Assembly (NCBI GenBank): GCA_030390025.1
Contig: CM059432.1
Coordinates: 133,488,001 to 133,552,000 of the forward strand
Source of the DNA: Squalus acanthias
Lineage: Eukaryota
Direction of reading: 5' to 3'
DNA length: 64,000 nucleotides
A program made the position numbers and the translations under genes. The notes under the pieces are model-generated. The model searched no databases. It had not been told where the DNA came from and was given only the letters and a program-made list of their open reading frames with translations. How positions within the stretch are numbered: position 1 is the stretch's first letter; the number at the start of each line of letters is the position of its first letter. Positions 37,580 through 51,300 of the stretch are shown piece after piece.

Positions 37580-39218
37580 TGTAGAGTTCGCAATTATCGC
37601 GATTCAAAATAACATGAGAGAAGCAGATTCAATTGATCAGTTTTATTAAACGAAATGCTGTCCTGATAATAAAGGACACAGAAGCCTGTAAAATGGCCGC
37701 CGCGCATCGTGGCAGAAGCTTCCAGAAACACAGTGGGCAGACAAGATGGCGTCGAATATACATTCAATATGAGATTGGATCATACTCGGTAAACATTGAT
37801 AAAGACAGGATGCAACCCGTTTGCATTGTGAACAATAGCAATGATATAAGTGCTGGAATCGTTTTCCTATGCGCAGTAAGGATCATTGAACTGGGCAATC
37901 GAAGGCCCATCCAGACACATCAATACACAAATACCCCCCCCGGCTCTACAATGAGACATTGGCGGGTGATTAAGCCAGTATTCGGGGGGCCCCAAAACCA
38001 GTCGAGGAGACGATTCATGCACATCCTGGCTGGCTCTACAATGGGGAAAACATTAACGGATAGTTGGCCAGTTTCAGGTGCTACCGAAACCCGTTAAGAA
38101 GATAATCGCCCCATGCTGGGAGTTTTAAGCGCCAAAATCACACAAAGGATAAACATTTAGATTTGAGTGGGAGATAAAGCGGACACAACAGTATAACTAT
38201 AGAGGACAAATGTCCATCGGTCGCTTATTCGCTTGCTGAACTCTTATTCTCTTGACTCGGGCCGAACTCTCTTGTATCGCTCTCCTGGACTGTCAGCCTT
38301 TTGATTTTCTCTCTGGACTCTGTTGACTCTTGGCCGTACTGGTCGGTTATTCGAGTGTTGGGTGGAGCTCAATCGGAACGAGCCGCCTCGACAAGGGCAA
38401 GTAACAGGGCACACCATCCCGAGTGTCGGTAAACGGTGTCTGGACCCGGAGGCCCGAGAAGACGAGAAGAGAAGAAGACGAGAAGAAATTCCACGTGCCG
38501 CCACGGTCAGTAAACCCCGACCGCGCCCGAAAATATAACTAAAAGAACTTTTCTTTGAGTTCTACCGACTTCTACATGTATCGTAACACAGGAAGATCCT
38601 TCTTTGAATTCTAAGACGGTTTGAGTCCATCGACTGCTTCATGACAACAGAGAGTCTGGCCTGCTTGTCGCAGCAGCGAAAGTAAACAAGTGGGGTGCAG
38701 AAACCCTTCCAAACACGTGACAGTCAGGCGCTGCAGCGAAACGAGCTGAGTGCCTCACTTTAAAATCTCCGAAGTAAAACGAGTGGTGAGCATGATTTCC
38801 GATCCTACAAATCCAGACGTAGTTTAGGTATTGTTAAGGGAGGGTGGTTTTTAATAAGGTTAAGGTATAATGTGTTCCCCTTTTTACGATGTGCCGTGTG
38901 TTCTGCATTTCCATAGACCAAGCTTTATGAATGTGTGTATACTTGTACTCTCTTTGATTTGCGCCTATGACATGTATTTCATGATTTTAGACACCATGCA
39001 ATAAAGATTTTCATTTTGTGCTATTCAACCGGGTCTATTTGAGTTTTTCTCTGCATTACTGCTCCTTGCATCTAAGTCCAGGTGTCAGAACCGTAAGGGC
39101 GAGTGGGTCGAACCACTCACAGGTGCTTATTGCAAAAAGGCTGGCCGGAGACCAGAGCAAGCAATAGTATAAGCAACGAAGGCCTAACCTCGCACCAGTA
39201 CCGTTGAAACCCCTTACA
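37580..39218 (+). mobile_element. Solo LTR (third family, 1639 bp)
   Basis: TGTAG...TTACA; perfect 4-bp TSD CATC; the interrupted Harbinger Myb sequence resumes at 39219; TATA-like at about 38192; AATAAA at 39000. Confidence 0.9.
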
Positions 39219-39679
39219 CATCCTTGCTTGTGTCCTCCTCTGCAATGTGCAACCAGGCTGTGTTGATCTCCTGGGGAGGTCCCTTCCGCCAATGGGAAGG
39301 GAAGAGTACCTCCCTGTGTGCTGTGACTCCCTCCATAAGCATATAGAGGGAGTCATGGGAGAGCCTGGGTGCAGCTCTGTGCAGTCATTGTTTGCAGCAC
39401 CTCAATGCTGTAGAACACTGACAGCACAAAAGTCAAAATAAATTTGGAGATGGTTCCTTTAAGGAAACCGGCTGATGACACGTCATCAAATGACGTCACT
39501 GGACCCGCTTCCTCTAATTGGCCGGGAAACGCGCTGGGCAGGCTTAACAAGCCCCAGCAAGGGAAATTCATTTCACAGAGCGGGATGGAGGCAGCAGCGG
39601 GGTCGGGACCCGCCACTGTCATCACCCGCCACAGACCCACTGAGGTGAGCAAAATCCTGGCCCACATTCTCTGGAATAC

Positions 39680-39782
39680 ATCAGTGACTACACTTCAAAA
39701 GTACTTCATTGGTTGTAAAGCACTTTGAGACATCCTAAGGTCATGAAAGGCACAATATAAATGCAAATATTTCTTTCTATCT
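39680..39782 (+). mobile_element. DeuSINE 3' tail
   Basis: GTGACTACACTTCAAAAGTAC...AAAGGCACAATATAAATGCA. Confidence 0.8.
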
Positions 39783-40085
39783 TTCTTTCTATCTATTAGT
39801 GCAGGCCTCTGGAAAAAGGTTAGTTATTCCTGTACTACACAATAAATACTTTCCCTTTGTAGTGCATGAGTTGCTGTAAGGGGCATGTGTATTTCATTAT
39901 ATAGCCTGTTTGAAAAGCATTATGTAAAACAATGGAGTACTTTAAATTGATGTTCATGGCAGTAAACTCACTAATATTGTGATTCTATTTTTAAAATATT
40001 ACTTGATTAAAATAATTTCCAGTGGAGTGGAAATCCTGCTGCCCTACCAGAGCTGGTGTTTACTTTATTGGGTACAATATTTATT

Positions 40086-40240
40086 AGCCTAGACTTTCCT
40101 GGGAACGTTCGCCAGTATAATGGTGCATCTGCGTCGTCCATTGACTTCAATGGAAAGTAAAACCAGGCGAGGTGTGTAACGGGTGGCTTCTCCGCTACCG
40201 TCAGTTTTTCGCCTCCCCCGAAAGTGAAAATTGGTCCCAT
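40086..40240. mobile_element. Small palindromic MITE
   Basis: Central CCATTGACTTCAATGG; degenerate TIRs. Confidence 0.55.
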
Positions 40241-40350
40241 TGTCTTAGGACTCTTACAGCCAGCAGCGAGGGGGAGGTTACTTCATCAGTCTGTGCTGGA
40301 TTGAAACCCAGAGAGCAAACTCCTTTAAAAAACTTTCAAAGTTAATCCTC

Positions 40351-40534
40351 GGGGGGTCATTTCGACTTTGTGCGCTCGAGTAAAATGGCCGAAAGCGAGT
40401 TGGCAGCCATTTTACATCCTCCCCATTTTTATTTCCATTGAAGTCAATGATAATAAATATCGGGAGAGATGTAAATGGGTTGCCGTTTTGTTGTGACTCA
40501 TTTTACACCATCGTACAAAAGTCAAAATTCCCCA
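40351..40534. mobile_element. Small palindromic MITE
   Basis: GGGGTCATTTCGACTTT / AAAGTCAAAATTCCCC; inner arms around CATTGAAGTCAATG. Confidence 0.75.
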
Positions 40535-41629
40535 TAATTAAAGTGAGTAGAATTTCGCCAACAAAGAGAATTGAACATTGGAAGCTCCTGTAATTGGGAA
40601 TTGAACTTGTTACCATTTATAGTATGAATCGTGGTGCCACACAGGTCCTGTTTAATCCAAATACCACCCCCACCCCACCCCCCATTTCAAAGACATAAGC
40701 TATGCAGAAAAAGAAAAAAAACCTGATATTAAATGACAGCTTCTTAAGAGGTGCAATTTAATAGGCAAGGCCATCTATAAAACTTTTACAACCTAGTTCT
40801 CTTCACACAGATGAGACTGGAAGATTACATCTTCAGTGTTCAGTGCCAAAGCACATGTTAATAAGATCACAACTTTTAATTAAGCAATATGTATAAGCAG
40901 ATTCACATTAAACCGTGATTTGTGGGATAGTTCATTAGACTGTGCTCCAGCCATCAGGCAAGTGCTCAATACCAATCGAGCAGCCAGAATATTAGTCAGT
41001 TTCAAGTATGCCCATTGAGTAGATTATTGATATTTCCTCACGCTCGTGATTGGTAGCTTTAGGAGCCTTTTGTTTGTTCTGTGCTTGGTTCAGAGATGAA
41101 GGAGAAATTGTGTCAGTAATTTTTTCATGAAATGATTGATTTGGACTCTACGTTGCTCTACTCAAGGACTCAAAGATTTCGTACTAGTTTACTACCCACT
41201 TTTAATCTATCGCTGCACTTGTAATAATGAGGGTTTATTATTATCCACGCTTTAATGCCTGAATGTAAATGGGACAATTGTAACAGGAATTGTAGATTAA
41301 AAAGAAAGAACTTGCATTTATACAGCACTCACGACCTCAGGACGTCCTAAAGCGCTTCACAGCCGTTGAAGTACTTTTGAAATATAGTCACTCTTGTAAT
41401 GTAGGAAATTATTAAAAGCACTGTGATTATCTCCTGAAATGAGCTTTTAAAATAAAACCAAGCCTCGTGAAGCATACAATTGACATTTTATTAATTGATT
41501 GCATTATGCATTATTATCCAAATGATGATTTTTTTTTTCACACAACTATTCAAATATATCCTAGCTATAAAAGTTTCATGAAATCTTCAACTAAGAAAGA
41601 AGCAGATTGAATTTAATTACCCAATGTCA

Positions 41630-41970
41630 CCACACCAGGACTTGAGCACATTGAGGGAGTCATTGAATCATTAAACCAAAACCCCATCTGTCTAGTTTTC
41701 TGGTTCAGATGGGCAGTAATGATCCTACAGCAATATTCGATGACCAGGGAATCCTGGCCAACATTCCTCCCTCAATCTCAGCCAACACTGCCAAAAAGCA
41801 GATTGTCTGGTCATTCGGTACATTGTCATTTGTGGGACCTTGCTGTGCACACAATGGCTGCAATACTTATCTATGTAACTGTTACTGTGCATCAAAAATG
41901 ATTCATTGTAGGCGAGGCTCTCTTAGCATTTCTGAGAATGAGGGGCTACATAAATACAAGTTGTTCTTAC
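41630..41970 (+). mobile_element. Old degenerate DeuSINE
   Basis: Weak collinear match to the other copies. Confidence 0.6.
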
Positions 41971-42964
41971 TTGGATCATGTCTGCTGGTTTGTCCAAGGG
42001 TTTATGGACAACGTTTTCTCGACACTCTCACACCCATTAGTGGAGCCTCACATACAGCAGGTGTCAGAAAATCACAGGAGCACTCTGCGATTTTCTGTCC
42101 ATCGATTTCAAAGGACGGAAAATGATGGGAGGTGCGCCTTTCTGGTGCTGTAGCGGTCTTGAAAAATTTCGCCTTATGTACTCGTGATTATTTCATACGC
42201 CTGGAGGCCTGTTGGGTGACACCTTGTGACCTCAGTTAACCCAATATCATGAGTGTCACAACAGCTAAAAATTAATTCTAAATTATTCAAAACAATAAAT
42301 TAATTCTGTCTAAATATTGCACAAACGGGGTAAATTATCAGTTAAATTATTGGGAAGATGCCTGGAAAGTAAGCCAGCTTCTACACAGGACTAATTTTCC
42401 AGTAATTCACCCTTCAGGCTCAAGAGGTTACATAATTGGAGCATTAAAAAGCCATTTCTTTTTCAGTAAATCCTACTTGTTTATCTGCTAAATTTTAAAT
42501 GCAGTCGCAGAAATAATATAACACAATAAATAAGTAATTTATGACTGCCTGTATTGTACCAGTGAACTAAGATTGAACCAATTTTAATTTTCCTAGATCA
42601 TCAGCAGACTTTTTGTGTAATTATTCTTATTTCCTACTTTCTTAATGGGTTTCTTTGTAACAGAACACACCAAGAATAGGTTGGAGTTAGTCGAATGGTT
42701 ACTTTAAACATATCAACAATTAACTTTGCTTTTCTCTGATGCTTTCTTTTTCTTTTTCTTTGGTCTGAGTCCTTCTTGCCATAGGTTGAGAGGACAGTAG
42801 CACAAACCCCATAGATCAGTGCGTTTTACTGTTTTTCTACACCTCGCACTCAGCTTTTTTTCCAATTGTTGAGGGAACAACGAACAAACTTACATTTCTA
42901 TAGCACCTTTTATCTTTCCCAGATACAATGCAGTGAGACCTTAAAACTGAAGGCTACAAGGACT

Positions 42965-43395
42965 AGGACCTCAGAGCGTCCCAAAGTGCTTTACAGCCAA
43001 TGATGTACTTTCGAAGTGAAGTCACTGTTGTAATGTAGGAAACGCAGCAGCCAATTTGTACACAGCAAGGTCCCACAAACAGCAATGTGATAATGACCAG
43101 ATAATCTGTTTTTAGTGATGTTGGTCGAGGGATAAATATTGGCCCAGGACACCGGGGAGAACTCCCCTGCTCTTCTTCGAATAGTGCCATGAGATCTTTT
43201 ATGTCCACCCAAGAAGACAGACAGGGTCTCGGTTTATCGTCTCATCCAAAAGACAGCACCTCCAACAGTGCAGCACTCCCTCAGTACTGCGCTGGAGTGT
43301 CAGAAAGAATCATGTACTCAAGTTTCTGGAGTGGGGCTTGAACTCACCACCACATCTGACTCAGAGGCAAGAGTGCTACCATAGAGCCACAGCTC
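42965..43395 (-). mobile_element. DeuSINE; donor of the tract copied to 371-731
   Basis: Standard SINE structure; the head half plus flank is near-identical to 371-731. Confidence 0.9.
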
Positions 43396-43775
43396 AGTCA
43401 TCCAGTCAGCTCTATCAATTAGCTTCTCTTCAATTCCCTGCAAAAGTACACGCGGAAATAAATAAATAAATAAATAAATAAACTACTGCTGCTCGACCAT
43501 ATGCTCAAAATACCGACGGGCGGTTTTGTCATATTGATGCTCATATGTGCTGCTTAAATATGGAATCAATTTCACTTTAGATAATTCAATTTGTAATGTT
43601 ACTCCATCTCACAAAGGTATCATTTATGTATTCTACTGAGTGAAACAGGAGCCTATTAGAACACAGGATATGACAAACTGAATTGATGTACAAAGTTTGA
43701 AAATTCTTCCAAAGTTTGAAAATTCTAAATAGTGTTTCAAACAAAATGGTAAACAAACAGCTTCCCAGTACATTG

Positions 43776-43878
43776 CATTCTGACGAAAGGTCATCGACCT
43801 GAAACGTTAACTCTCTTTCTCTCTCCACGGATGCTGCCTGGCCTGCTGAGTTTTTCCAGTGTTTTCTGTTGTTATTTC
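43776..43878 (+). mobile_element. Penelope pLTR fragment (family A) with hammerhead core
   Basis: CTGACGAAAGGTCATCGACCTGAAACGTTAACT; ACATTGCATTCT duplicated at both ends. Confidence 0.8.
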
Positions 43879-44301
43879 ACATTGCATTCTTAGTTGTTTG
43901 CAAACAGATTAACATAACCCTGTTCATTCTAAATTCTGCAGAGCTTTGGTTTCTATTGAAATGTGCATGACGTCTGTTCTAATAGTGATTAGCATGAACA
44001 TACTTGTTCAAATGTTTACATCAAAGAATTCACAGCTTGATCTAATAGTCAGAGAAAATGACAAAAGTGCACAAAATGTTTCCCAAGATAAATCCAGATA
44101 TTCACAAGTGATTTTCAATCCCATTCCTTGTAGTCTTCAGGCTTTAAGGTCTCACGGCATTGTATCTGGAAAAGATAAAAGACATTCTCAACTCAGAATC
44201 AATAAAAGGCAAAATACAAAGAATGGCACTAGCTCTTCCCACAGATACAAAAATATTAACCATTTTCCTGTAAATTGTGTAAAACAATGGGCTTGCGTTC
44301 T

Positions 44302-44424
44302 TAACTTCTGCAGGGTTTCTCCCCATTGTCTGCCAAAGCTTTGAAACATCGTCGTTCTCTAGAGTTTCCGTGGATTGTTTGCTGAATTATGGCAGACAAT
44401 TGGGAGAACCCCTGTTAGAAATTC
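44302..44424. repeat. Inverted repeat / MITE remnant
   Basis: CAGGGTTTCTCCCCATTGTCTGCCA / TGGCAGACAATTGGGAGAACCCCTG. Confidence 0.7.
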
Positions 44425-45559
44425 TACTGCTCTGGGGGTCCAGGCCATGGTGCAGTCATCAGCCTGGGCTGCCATGATGGGCCTGAAAATCACCTTCTCC
44501 ATGTACTGGCCTCTGAAGGTCTGCTAGGCCTCCAAGAGGCCAAGGATATGGGAATTCCCAGCATAGGGAATTCCATCCCTGGCAAACACCCCCTAAATTT
44601 ACTCACATCACAACTGCAATCACCTGCAACTCAAACTGACTTTCTCAGGCAAACTTTTAAAAGTGTGACAGAGATGTGAGTCACCACAGCACATTTTCTT
44701 TGAATTTACTCCTTTGTCTTTTCCTGTTTCTAGTTAGGAACATAGGAAAAAAAGACCAAGGTTCAACTAGTTTGCCTCCTACCAGATAGTCATAGAATCA
44801 TAGAAATTTACGGCACAGAAGGAGGCCATTCGACCCATCGTGTCCGTGCCGGCCAAAAAAGAGCTATCCAGCCTAATCCCACTTTCCAGCTCTTGGTCTG
44901 TTGCCCTGTAGGTTACGGCACTTCAAGTCGCATGGCACAATGATAATGGAGTTGTTGACTAATCACAGCTATCGATCTCTATCAATTAGTCTACAACAGA
45001 CCCAGAAATGACACGAGAAAACTCCCAGCGGTGCAGAGCTTTGGGAACCATAGGTCCAAAGTCAACTTTTTCCTCCCAAGCATGCTACACTTACCGCAAG
45101 TCATGTCTCCAGTTACTCATAAATTGTATCCCAAAATGTTATTTTCTGAAAGAAATCTATCTAATTTGCATTTGAATGAATCAATACTAACTGCTTTCAC
45201 CGTATCTCTAGGGCGATTGTTCTATAGATTGACCACTCGCTCACTGAACTATGTTTCCACAGATTAATTTTGAATTTACCTCCCTTCAAGCACAGGCCTT
45301 GTCCTCTGGTTCTACTGTTCTGGACAAGGTGGCGTAGCTTGTCATGTGCTGTTCTCCTTTTTCCCAACGATCTTTCATTCTGACCAATTTTCTAAGAACA
45401 TGATCAAGTCTATTGAACCGATCCTGCACTCCCATTAGGGAGCCACGCTCAAAGGGAGCGTGGGTCAGAGACAGGGCTACAACAGTACATCACCAATTCC
45501 AACCCAGCCCACTTTAAAGAGCGTGGAAGCTGGGATGGGTCATAAGGTGGTGTGAGTTA

Positions 45560-45968
45560 TCATAGAATGATACAGCACAGAAGGTGGTCATTTGGCCCAT
45601 CATGTCTGTGCCGGATCTCTGAAAGAGCTATCCAATTAGTCCCATTCCCCTATTCTTTCCCCATAGCCCTATAAAAAAAATTATTTCCAAGTATATACCA
45701 ATTCCCTTTTGAAAGTTACTATTGAATCTGCTTCCACCGCCCTCTTAGGCAGTGCATTCCAGATCATAAAAACACGCTGCTTAAAAAACATTCTCCTCAT
45801 CTCCCCTCTGGTTCTTTTGACCATTAATGTAAATCACTGTCCTCTGGTTATCGACCCTCCTGCCAGTGGAAACAGTTTCGCCCTTATTTATTCTATCAAA
45901 ACCCCTTGTAATTTTGAACACCTCCATTAAATTTCCCCTTAACCTTCTCTGCTCTAAGAAGAACAATC
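45560..45968 (-). mobile_element. CR1 3' end
   Basis: LEQRRLRGNLMEVFKI and 3' UTR; related pieces at about 44790-44930 and 45150-45400. Confidence 0.85.
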
Positions 45969-47130
45969 CCAGAGTTCAAGGGTCTCAACACTGCCTCAAA
46001 TCATCTTCTCTTTCCCCTATCTCATTCCTATCACCTAAATCGAAATCAATGGAATAGTTTTGTAATAAATATAGGATTATTCAGTGTGTGTAGAAACACT
46101 TATACTGAATCACGTTTTTGAAATATTACATGCCTCTACTAAAAGTACAAAGTAGAAGCGCACAGTTTTCTTATAAATTGTCTTTGATAATAAAACAGCT
46201 GAGACATTTATTTGTTTGTGCTGTTTACCATGTTATCTATGGATTTGCCAGATCCTGAATATACTTCTCACAGTGCTGCACAGTGCCCTGCTTCATTACA
46301 AATGACCCATACCATCAATTGTACTTCATTAACCATTAATACGCTTTGTGAGTTTTTTTTAGAATTGGAATCCAACAATTTATTAGCCCAAAAGGAAGGA
46401 TAAAACCACTAATCTTAATTGAATTAAGCTGCGCTAAGCATTTAAAACCCATTTGTTGGCAAATTAAAGTATTGCATTGCTAAATTATATGTAAATAATT
46501 TAACTTCCCGAAGGTGATTTAAATTTGTTTGGTTATAACCATGATAGAGTACATGGTATAATCTAATCTCTTTTGGTTAGAGAAGTTGATTTGTACAGTT
46601 CATGCATGAGCTATTTTGTATTTTGCTGACTGAAGTTGATTAGCATCACATGGCATCAATTAACTTGCACAGGAGTAGCAAGAGGTAAAAGTATTATCAA
46701 GTGCCTTATCCCAGAATGAAAACTTCAAAGCACACACATTTCACTTACCAGCAGAATGAGGACAACATTTAACACCTGTCATAACCCACACACTCTTAAT
46801 GACTTAAGTGAGTACCTTATGGGCCACAAGAAAATGACAGTAACATACACGGGTAAATTCACAGATTGCACACTCCCAGCGTTGTGGCCTTGTCTCTGAC
46901 TCATTCTCTCTTTGAGCAGGCTCCATGCTGGGAATTTGCCCTATAGTCAAACCAAGAAAACCACAGAGAATCCGAAAGTCTTTATCAAGGCTCCCAAAAT
47001 TCTACAGCCCCACCAACGCCTCCCCACAAAAGGCCTTCCATATTTACTCGTTTAAGTACTGTCTCAGACGAATATTCCACCCCACCTACATTTAATAAGA
47101 TTTATTGGGCTTCAGCCAGCCGTTGATACT

Positions 47131-47520
47131 AAGAAAGAAAGAAAGACTTGCATTTATATAGCACTTTTCACAACCTCAGGACGTCCTAAAGTGCTTTACA
47201 GCCAATGTTGTACTTTTTGAAGTGTAGTCACTGTTGTAATGTAGGAAACACGACAGCCAATTTGCGCACAGCAAGCTCCCACAAACAGCAATGCGATAAT
47301 GACCAGAGAATCTGTTTTTAGTGATGTTGGTTGAGGGATAAATATTGGCCAGGACTCCCCTGCTCTTCTTCGAAATAGTGCCATGGGATCTTTTACGTCC
47401 ATCTGAGAGAGCAGACGGGGCCTTGGTTTAACGTCTCATCCAAAAGACGGCACCTCCGACAGTGCAGCACTCCCTCAGCACTGCACTGGAGTGTCAGTTG
47501 AGATTTTGTGCTCGTGTTTC
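47131..47520 (-). mobile_element. DeuSINE (head truncated)
   Basis: Matches the other copies; (AAGA)n tail. Confidence 0.9.
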
Positions 47521-47774
47521 TAAATAGAGAAAAACTGGCAAAAGTCTACAGCAGCTTAACCTGACTCTGCCAAAACTCCATTTTAGAATCAGGAGATCCA
47601 AACTAGCCAAGTTTTAGTTATGATTATTTACTGAAAATGGAAATTTAAACCATCCAATTTAAACCCTACTGCCAAGTTAACAGAGTCAATACACAATGCA
47701 GCAGCCCTGCTCTCACCGCCCACCCCACCCCCAAGCTTTTCCTAATTGACTTTAGAGATCAAGCCAAATTAATA

Positions 47775-48065
47775 CAACAACAACAACAACTTGCATTTAT
47801 ATAGCGCCTTTCACGTAGTAAAAACGTCCAAGGTGCGTCACAGTAGCTTTATACCGAGCCACACAAGGAGATATTAGGACAGGTGAGCAAAAGCTTGGTC
47901 AAAGAGGTAGGTTCTAAGGAGCGTCTTAAAAGAGGAGAGAGGGGTAGAGAGAGCCGTTTGGGAAAGGCATTCCAGAGTTTAGGGCCTAGTCAGCTGAAGG
48001 CACGACCGCCAGTGGTGGAGCGATGAAAATTGAGGATGCGCAAGAGGCCAGAATTGGAGGAGAGT
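47775..48065 (-). mobile_element. L2-type LINE 3' end
   Basis: (CAA)n tail and homology to 10672-11130. Confidence 0.85.
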
Positions 48066-49079
48066 TGCAATTCTTGGGTTGGAGAAAAAAATCACAATTC
48101 AAGTCAAGTTAATTGTGATTTAGGAAAGATACTCATCGCTCTTCGTGTAGGAAACTGTCAGTTGGTTGATTGGCGAGGTAGAGATGTTAGCACTCTGTGT
48201 AGAGGGAAGAGAATTTGTTCATCTATTTTTAATCTGTGAAAAACAAATCAGTTTTACCGATATTCAACGGTCCCGGCTTCGTGTGTATCTAGCTATGACG
48301 AATCCACAGCTTGAAACAAGGCACAGCTTGAAATGTCCCAATTCGAATCCAGCTCTGTGTTAAACTGTTCAGTAATGAATGGATTTCCATTTCCAATATT
48401 ATAGGCAAGCACCATTAACGTGCAAATTAACACATTCGTGCTGCATTTTTTTACACAAGTTAAAGAGCCTGGTGAAAGAGGGAAAGGGAAGCTGGCTGCA
48501 AAGAGGAGGCTGTTACTAACCCTGGGAAGCAGCTGCTAATCCCTCGCTCGCATTCAGAGGATTGAAGTGCCAGGCAATCACACTCGGGACTCCTTCACAG
48601 TCTCGAATTGACTTCCCAGTATGACCTTCATTCCAATATGAACGCAAGTGAGGAAATAGCAGTCACAAATGGTGTTCTGGGTTTACCGGCAGCTGAAGGA
48701 AGTCATTGCAGAATGTGGATCATATTTTGAAGGGAACGTGACAGGAAATCTGAGGCACTGAAAAGAAAAATGACATGAAACCCAACATTGAACAAACACC
48801 CACATATAACAAGTATTATGTGTGGCAAACTAGTGTTAGTTATATGTTGGGTTGTCTGTATATGAACACACCTGCTTGTCATACCCCTTGTGATTAGAGA
48901 CTCTATGGGAGTACATGCGATTTTTCTGACTCAAGCTTCAATGATTGGCAGTTTCCTGTGCAAACCATGGTGAGCATATTTACCAATCATCCATGTTTTT
49001 TTTTTGCAGTTGATGCCATGCCATATTTGCGAATACCTGCAAAGGATTATTTGCTAAGTGAATAGAAATTGAACATTCA

Positions 49080-49490
49080 GAATTTACAGTACATGAAACA
49101 GGCCGTTTGGCCCAACAGGCTGATACCAGTGTTTATGCTCCACATGAGCCTCTTCACACCATTCTGACAAAAGGTCACCGACCTGAAACGTGAACTCTGT
49201 TTCTCTCTCTGTGGATGCTGCCTGACCTGCTAAGTATTTCCAGCGTTTTCTGTTTTGATTTCTCTTCACACCTTACTTAACCTCACTCTATCAAAATATC
49301 CTTCAAATCCTTCCTCCCTCATGTACTTACCTCGCTTCCCCTAAAATGCATCTATGCTATTCGCCTCAACTACCCCACGTGATAGCAAGTTCCATACTCT
49401 AACCATTCTCTGAGTAAAGAAGTTTCTCCTGAATTCCCTAGTGGATTTATTGGTGACTATCTTATAATTATGGCCCCTAGTTTTGTTTCC
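49080..49490 (-). mobile_element. CR1 3' end with nested Penelope fragment (about 49161-49262)
   Basis: CR1 3' UTR homology; the PLE piece has a mutated hammerhead and is flanked by CTCTTCACACC. Confidence 0.75.
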
Positions 49491-49790
49491 CCCTAATGTG
49501 TGAATACTGTGAATGTTATACTCCTTTCTTTGCCCCAGTTTTATATACAGACCACGTTTCTATCCCAATGTACACAAGGACAGATTCTCCATAAACTAAC
49601 TTCCACTCTAATCCAACCCAATAGATTGAAAGTACAGGTGAAAGTGCGGAAGAAATTGTCCAACAGAGAATTTATTTTTATTAATGTTTCTCTGTCAATT
49701 TCTGATAAATAAACAAAAGGCCATTCACTGATGAAGAATTGGCCGCACTGCTGTAACCGTCACAGTAGGACAGGATGGCACAAGTTCAAA

Positions 49791-50000
49791 AAACAACAGA
49801 AAACGCTGGAAAAACTCAGCAGGCCAGGCAGCATCCGTGGAGAGAGAAACAGAGTTAACGTTTCAGGTCGAAGACCTTTCGTCAGAACTGGAAAAAAGCA
49901 GGAAATGAAATAGATTTAAAGCAAGTATAATGCTGGGAAAAGGGGGAGGGGATGAAAGAACAAAAGGGAAGGTCAGTGGTAGTATAGAATGCAAGAGAGA
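49791..50000 (-). mobile_element. Penelope pLTR fragment (family A)
   Basis: 14-bp TSD GGCACAAGTTCAAA; intact hammerhead. Confidence 0.85.
49853..49889 (-). ncRNA. Minimal type I hammerhead ribozyme
   Basis: AGTT-CTGACGA-A-AGGTC-TTC-GACCT-GAAACGTT-AACT. Confidence 0.85.
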
Positions 50001-50231
50001 AGGCACAAGTTCAAACTGGGCAAAGGCTGATGTTAGGGAATTCTTTACGCAAAGAATCATCACTTGTGGAATATAGTTCTGGGTAAGGTAGTGGAGGTAA
50101 AATTCTTCCAGGCATTTAAGCGACTGTTTGATGCTGTGATGGGGGACAAAAGTTTTTTTTTTTGCAGGTGGATAACTAAGATAGCCAAACGGCCTTCCTC
50201 ATTTGTATTTTTTTTGTGGCTCATGGTCCGA

Positions 50232-50600
50232 CAATTCTCATCCTTATTTTCAAATCCCTTTGTGGCCTTGCCCCTCCCTATCTCTGTAACCTCCTTCAGC
50301 ACTACAACCCTCCGAGATCTCTGCGCTCCTCCAATTCTGGCCTCGAGCTTCCCCGATTTTCATCGTTCCGCCATTGGCGGCCGTGTCTTCAGCTGCTGAG
50401 GCCCTAGGCTCTGGAATTCCCTCCCTAAGCCTCTCCACCTCTCCACCTCTCTCTCGTCCTACAAGTCACTCCTTAAAACCTACCTCTGTGACCACCTGTC
50501 CCAATATCTCCTTATGTGGCTCGGTGTCAAATTCTGTTTGAGAACGCTCCTGTGAAGTGCCTTGGGACGTTTTACTATGTTAAAGACGCTATATACAAGT
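50232..50600 (+). mobile_element. L2-type LINE 3' end
   Basis: ILILIFKSLCGLAPPYLCNLL; GGRVFSC; standard tail. Confidence 0.88.
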
Positions 50601-51300
50601 TATAAATATATCTGAGGGGTAAGTCCCCCAACTATGGTTTAACTGTTCCCCCACCCCACCCATTTTCCGTCGGGTGGGGTGGGGGGCGGGGTGGGGGTTA
50701 ACATTTCTAATTATAGAACCTGATTAGTTCAAAGCTTGATACATCAGTCTTTTTGTATGGAGACAGCACTGCCTCCAAATCCAAGAAAAGTTTATGCCAG
50801 ATCAAGCATTGGGCATCTTTAAATTCAGATCACTGCTGTATAGATTAGTCCTAATGACCTGTTTGGTGTACCAAACAAGTTAGTACTAGGGCCTAGGGGA
50901 CACTGCTGTAATTCTCCTACAAAATAACCCCAGTATTTTTGCTATGTTTGCGAACATGTTCTGTTGCTGGTTGCATAGGGTTGGAGGCTTCAGGTTTCAT
51001 CATTTTAGATAATGAAAGAGAAAATGGTGAGATAAATTTTTCATGCTTCACACTCCGAGTAAACTATAATTCATGGTATGTAGCACTGCCGTTTAAATTT
51101 TAATCAAGAAATATTTGGTTTAAAGTAATCTTGCTCCCTTGTAGAAATCCAAATGGAAAGAGCAGATAGGTTGATACAGTGATGCAGTTAGTGAGTTGGC
51201 AGAACACTACTGGGGTCACGCTAACCAATGTCCCCTCTTAAGTACAGAAAGTGGAGAATTGAACATGTATCTCCACACATCGCAGAATAATAATACAATA

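Larger units (their letters stand above)
32757..39663. mobile_element. Internally deleted Harbinger (relative of 15830-20020) hosting three LTR insertions
   Basis: TIRs GGCCGGAATTTT / AAAATCCTGGCC; segments 33200-33667, 37206-37579 and 39219-39663 are collinear with the full element; Myb relic VVRRTSVRCRKRFNDL. Confidence 0.9.

Noticed and set aside
48113..48196. Minus-strand acceptor CTCTTCCCTCTACACAG followed by a short frame
   Set aside because: There is no valid donor, and the phase-2 frame stops after about 11 codons.
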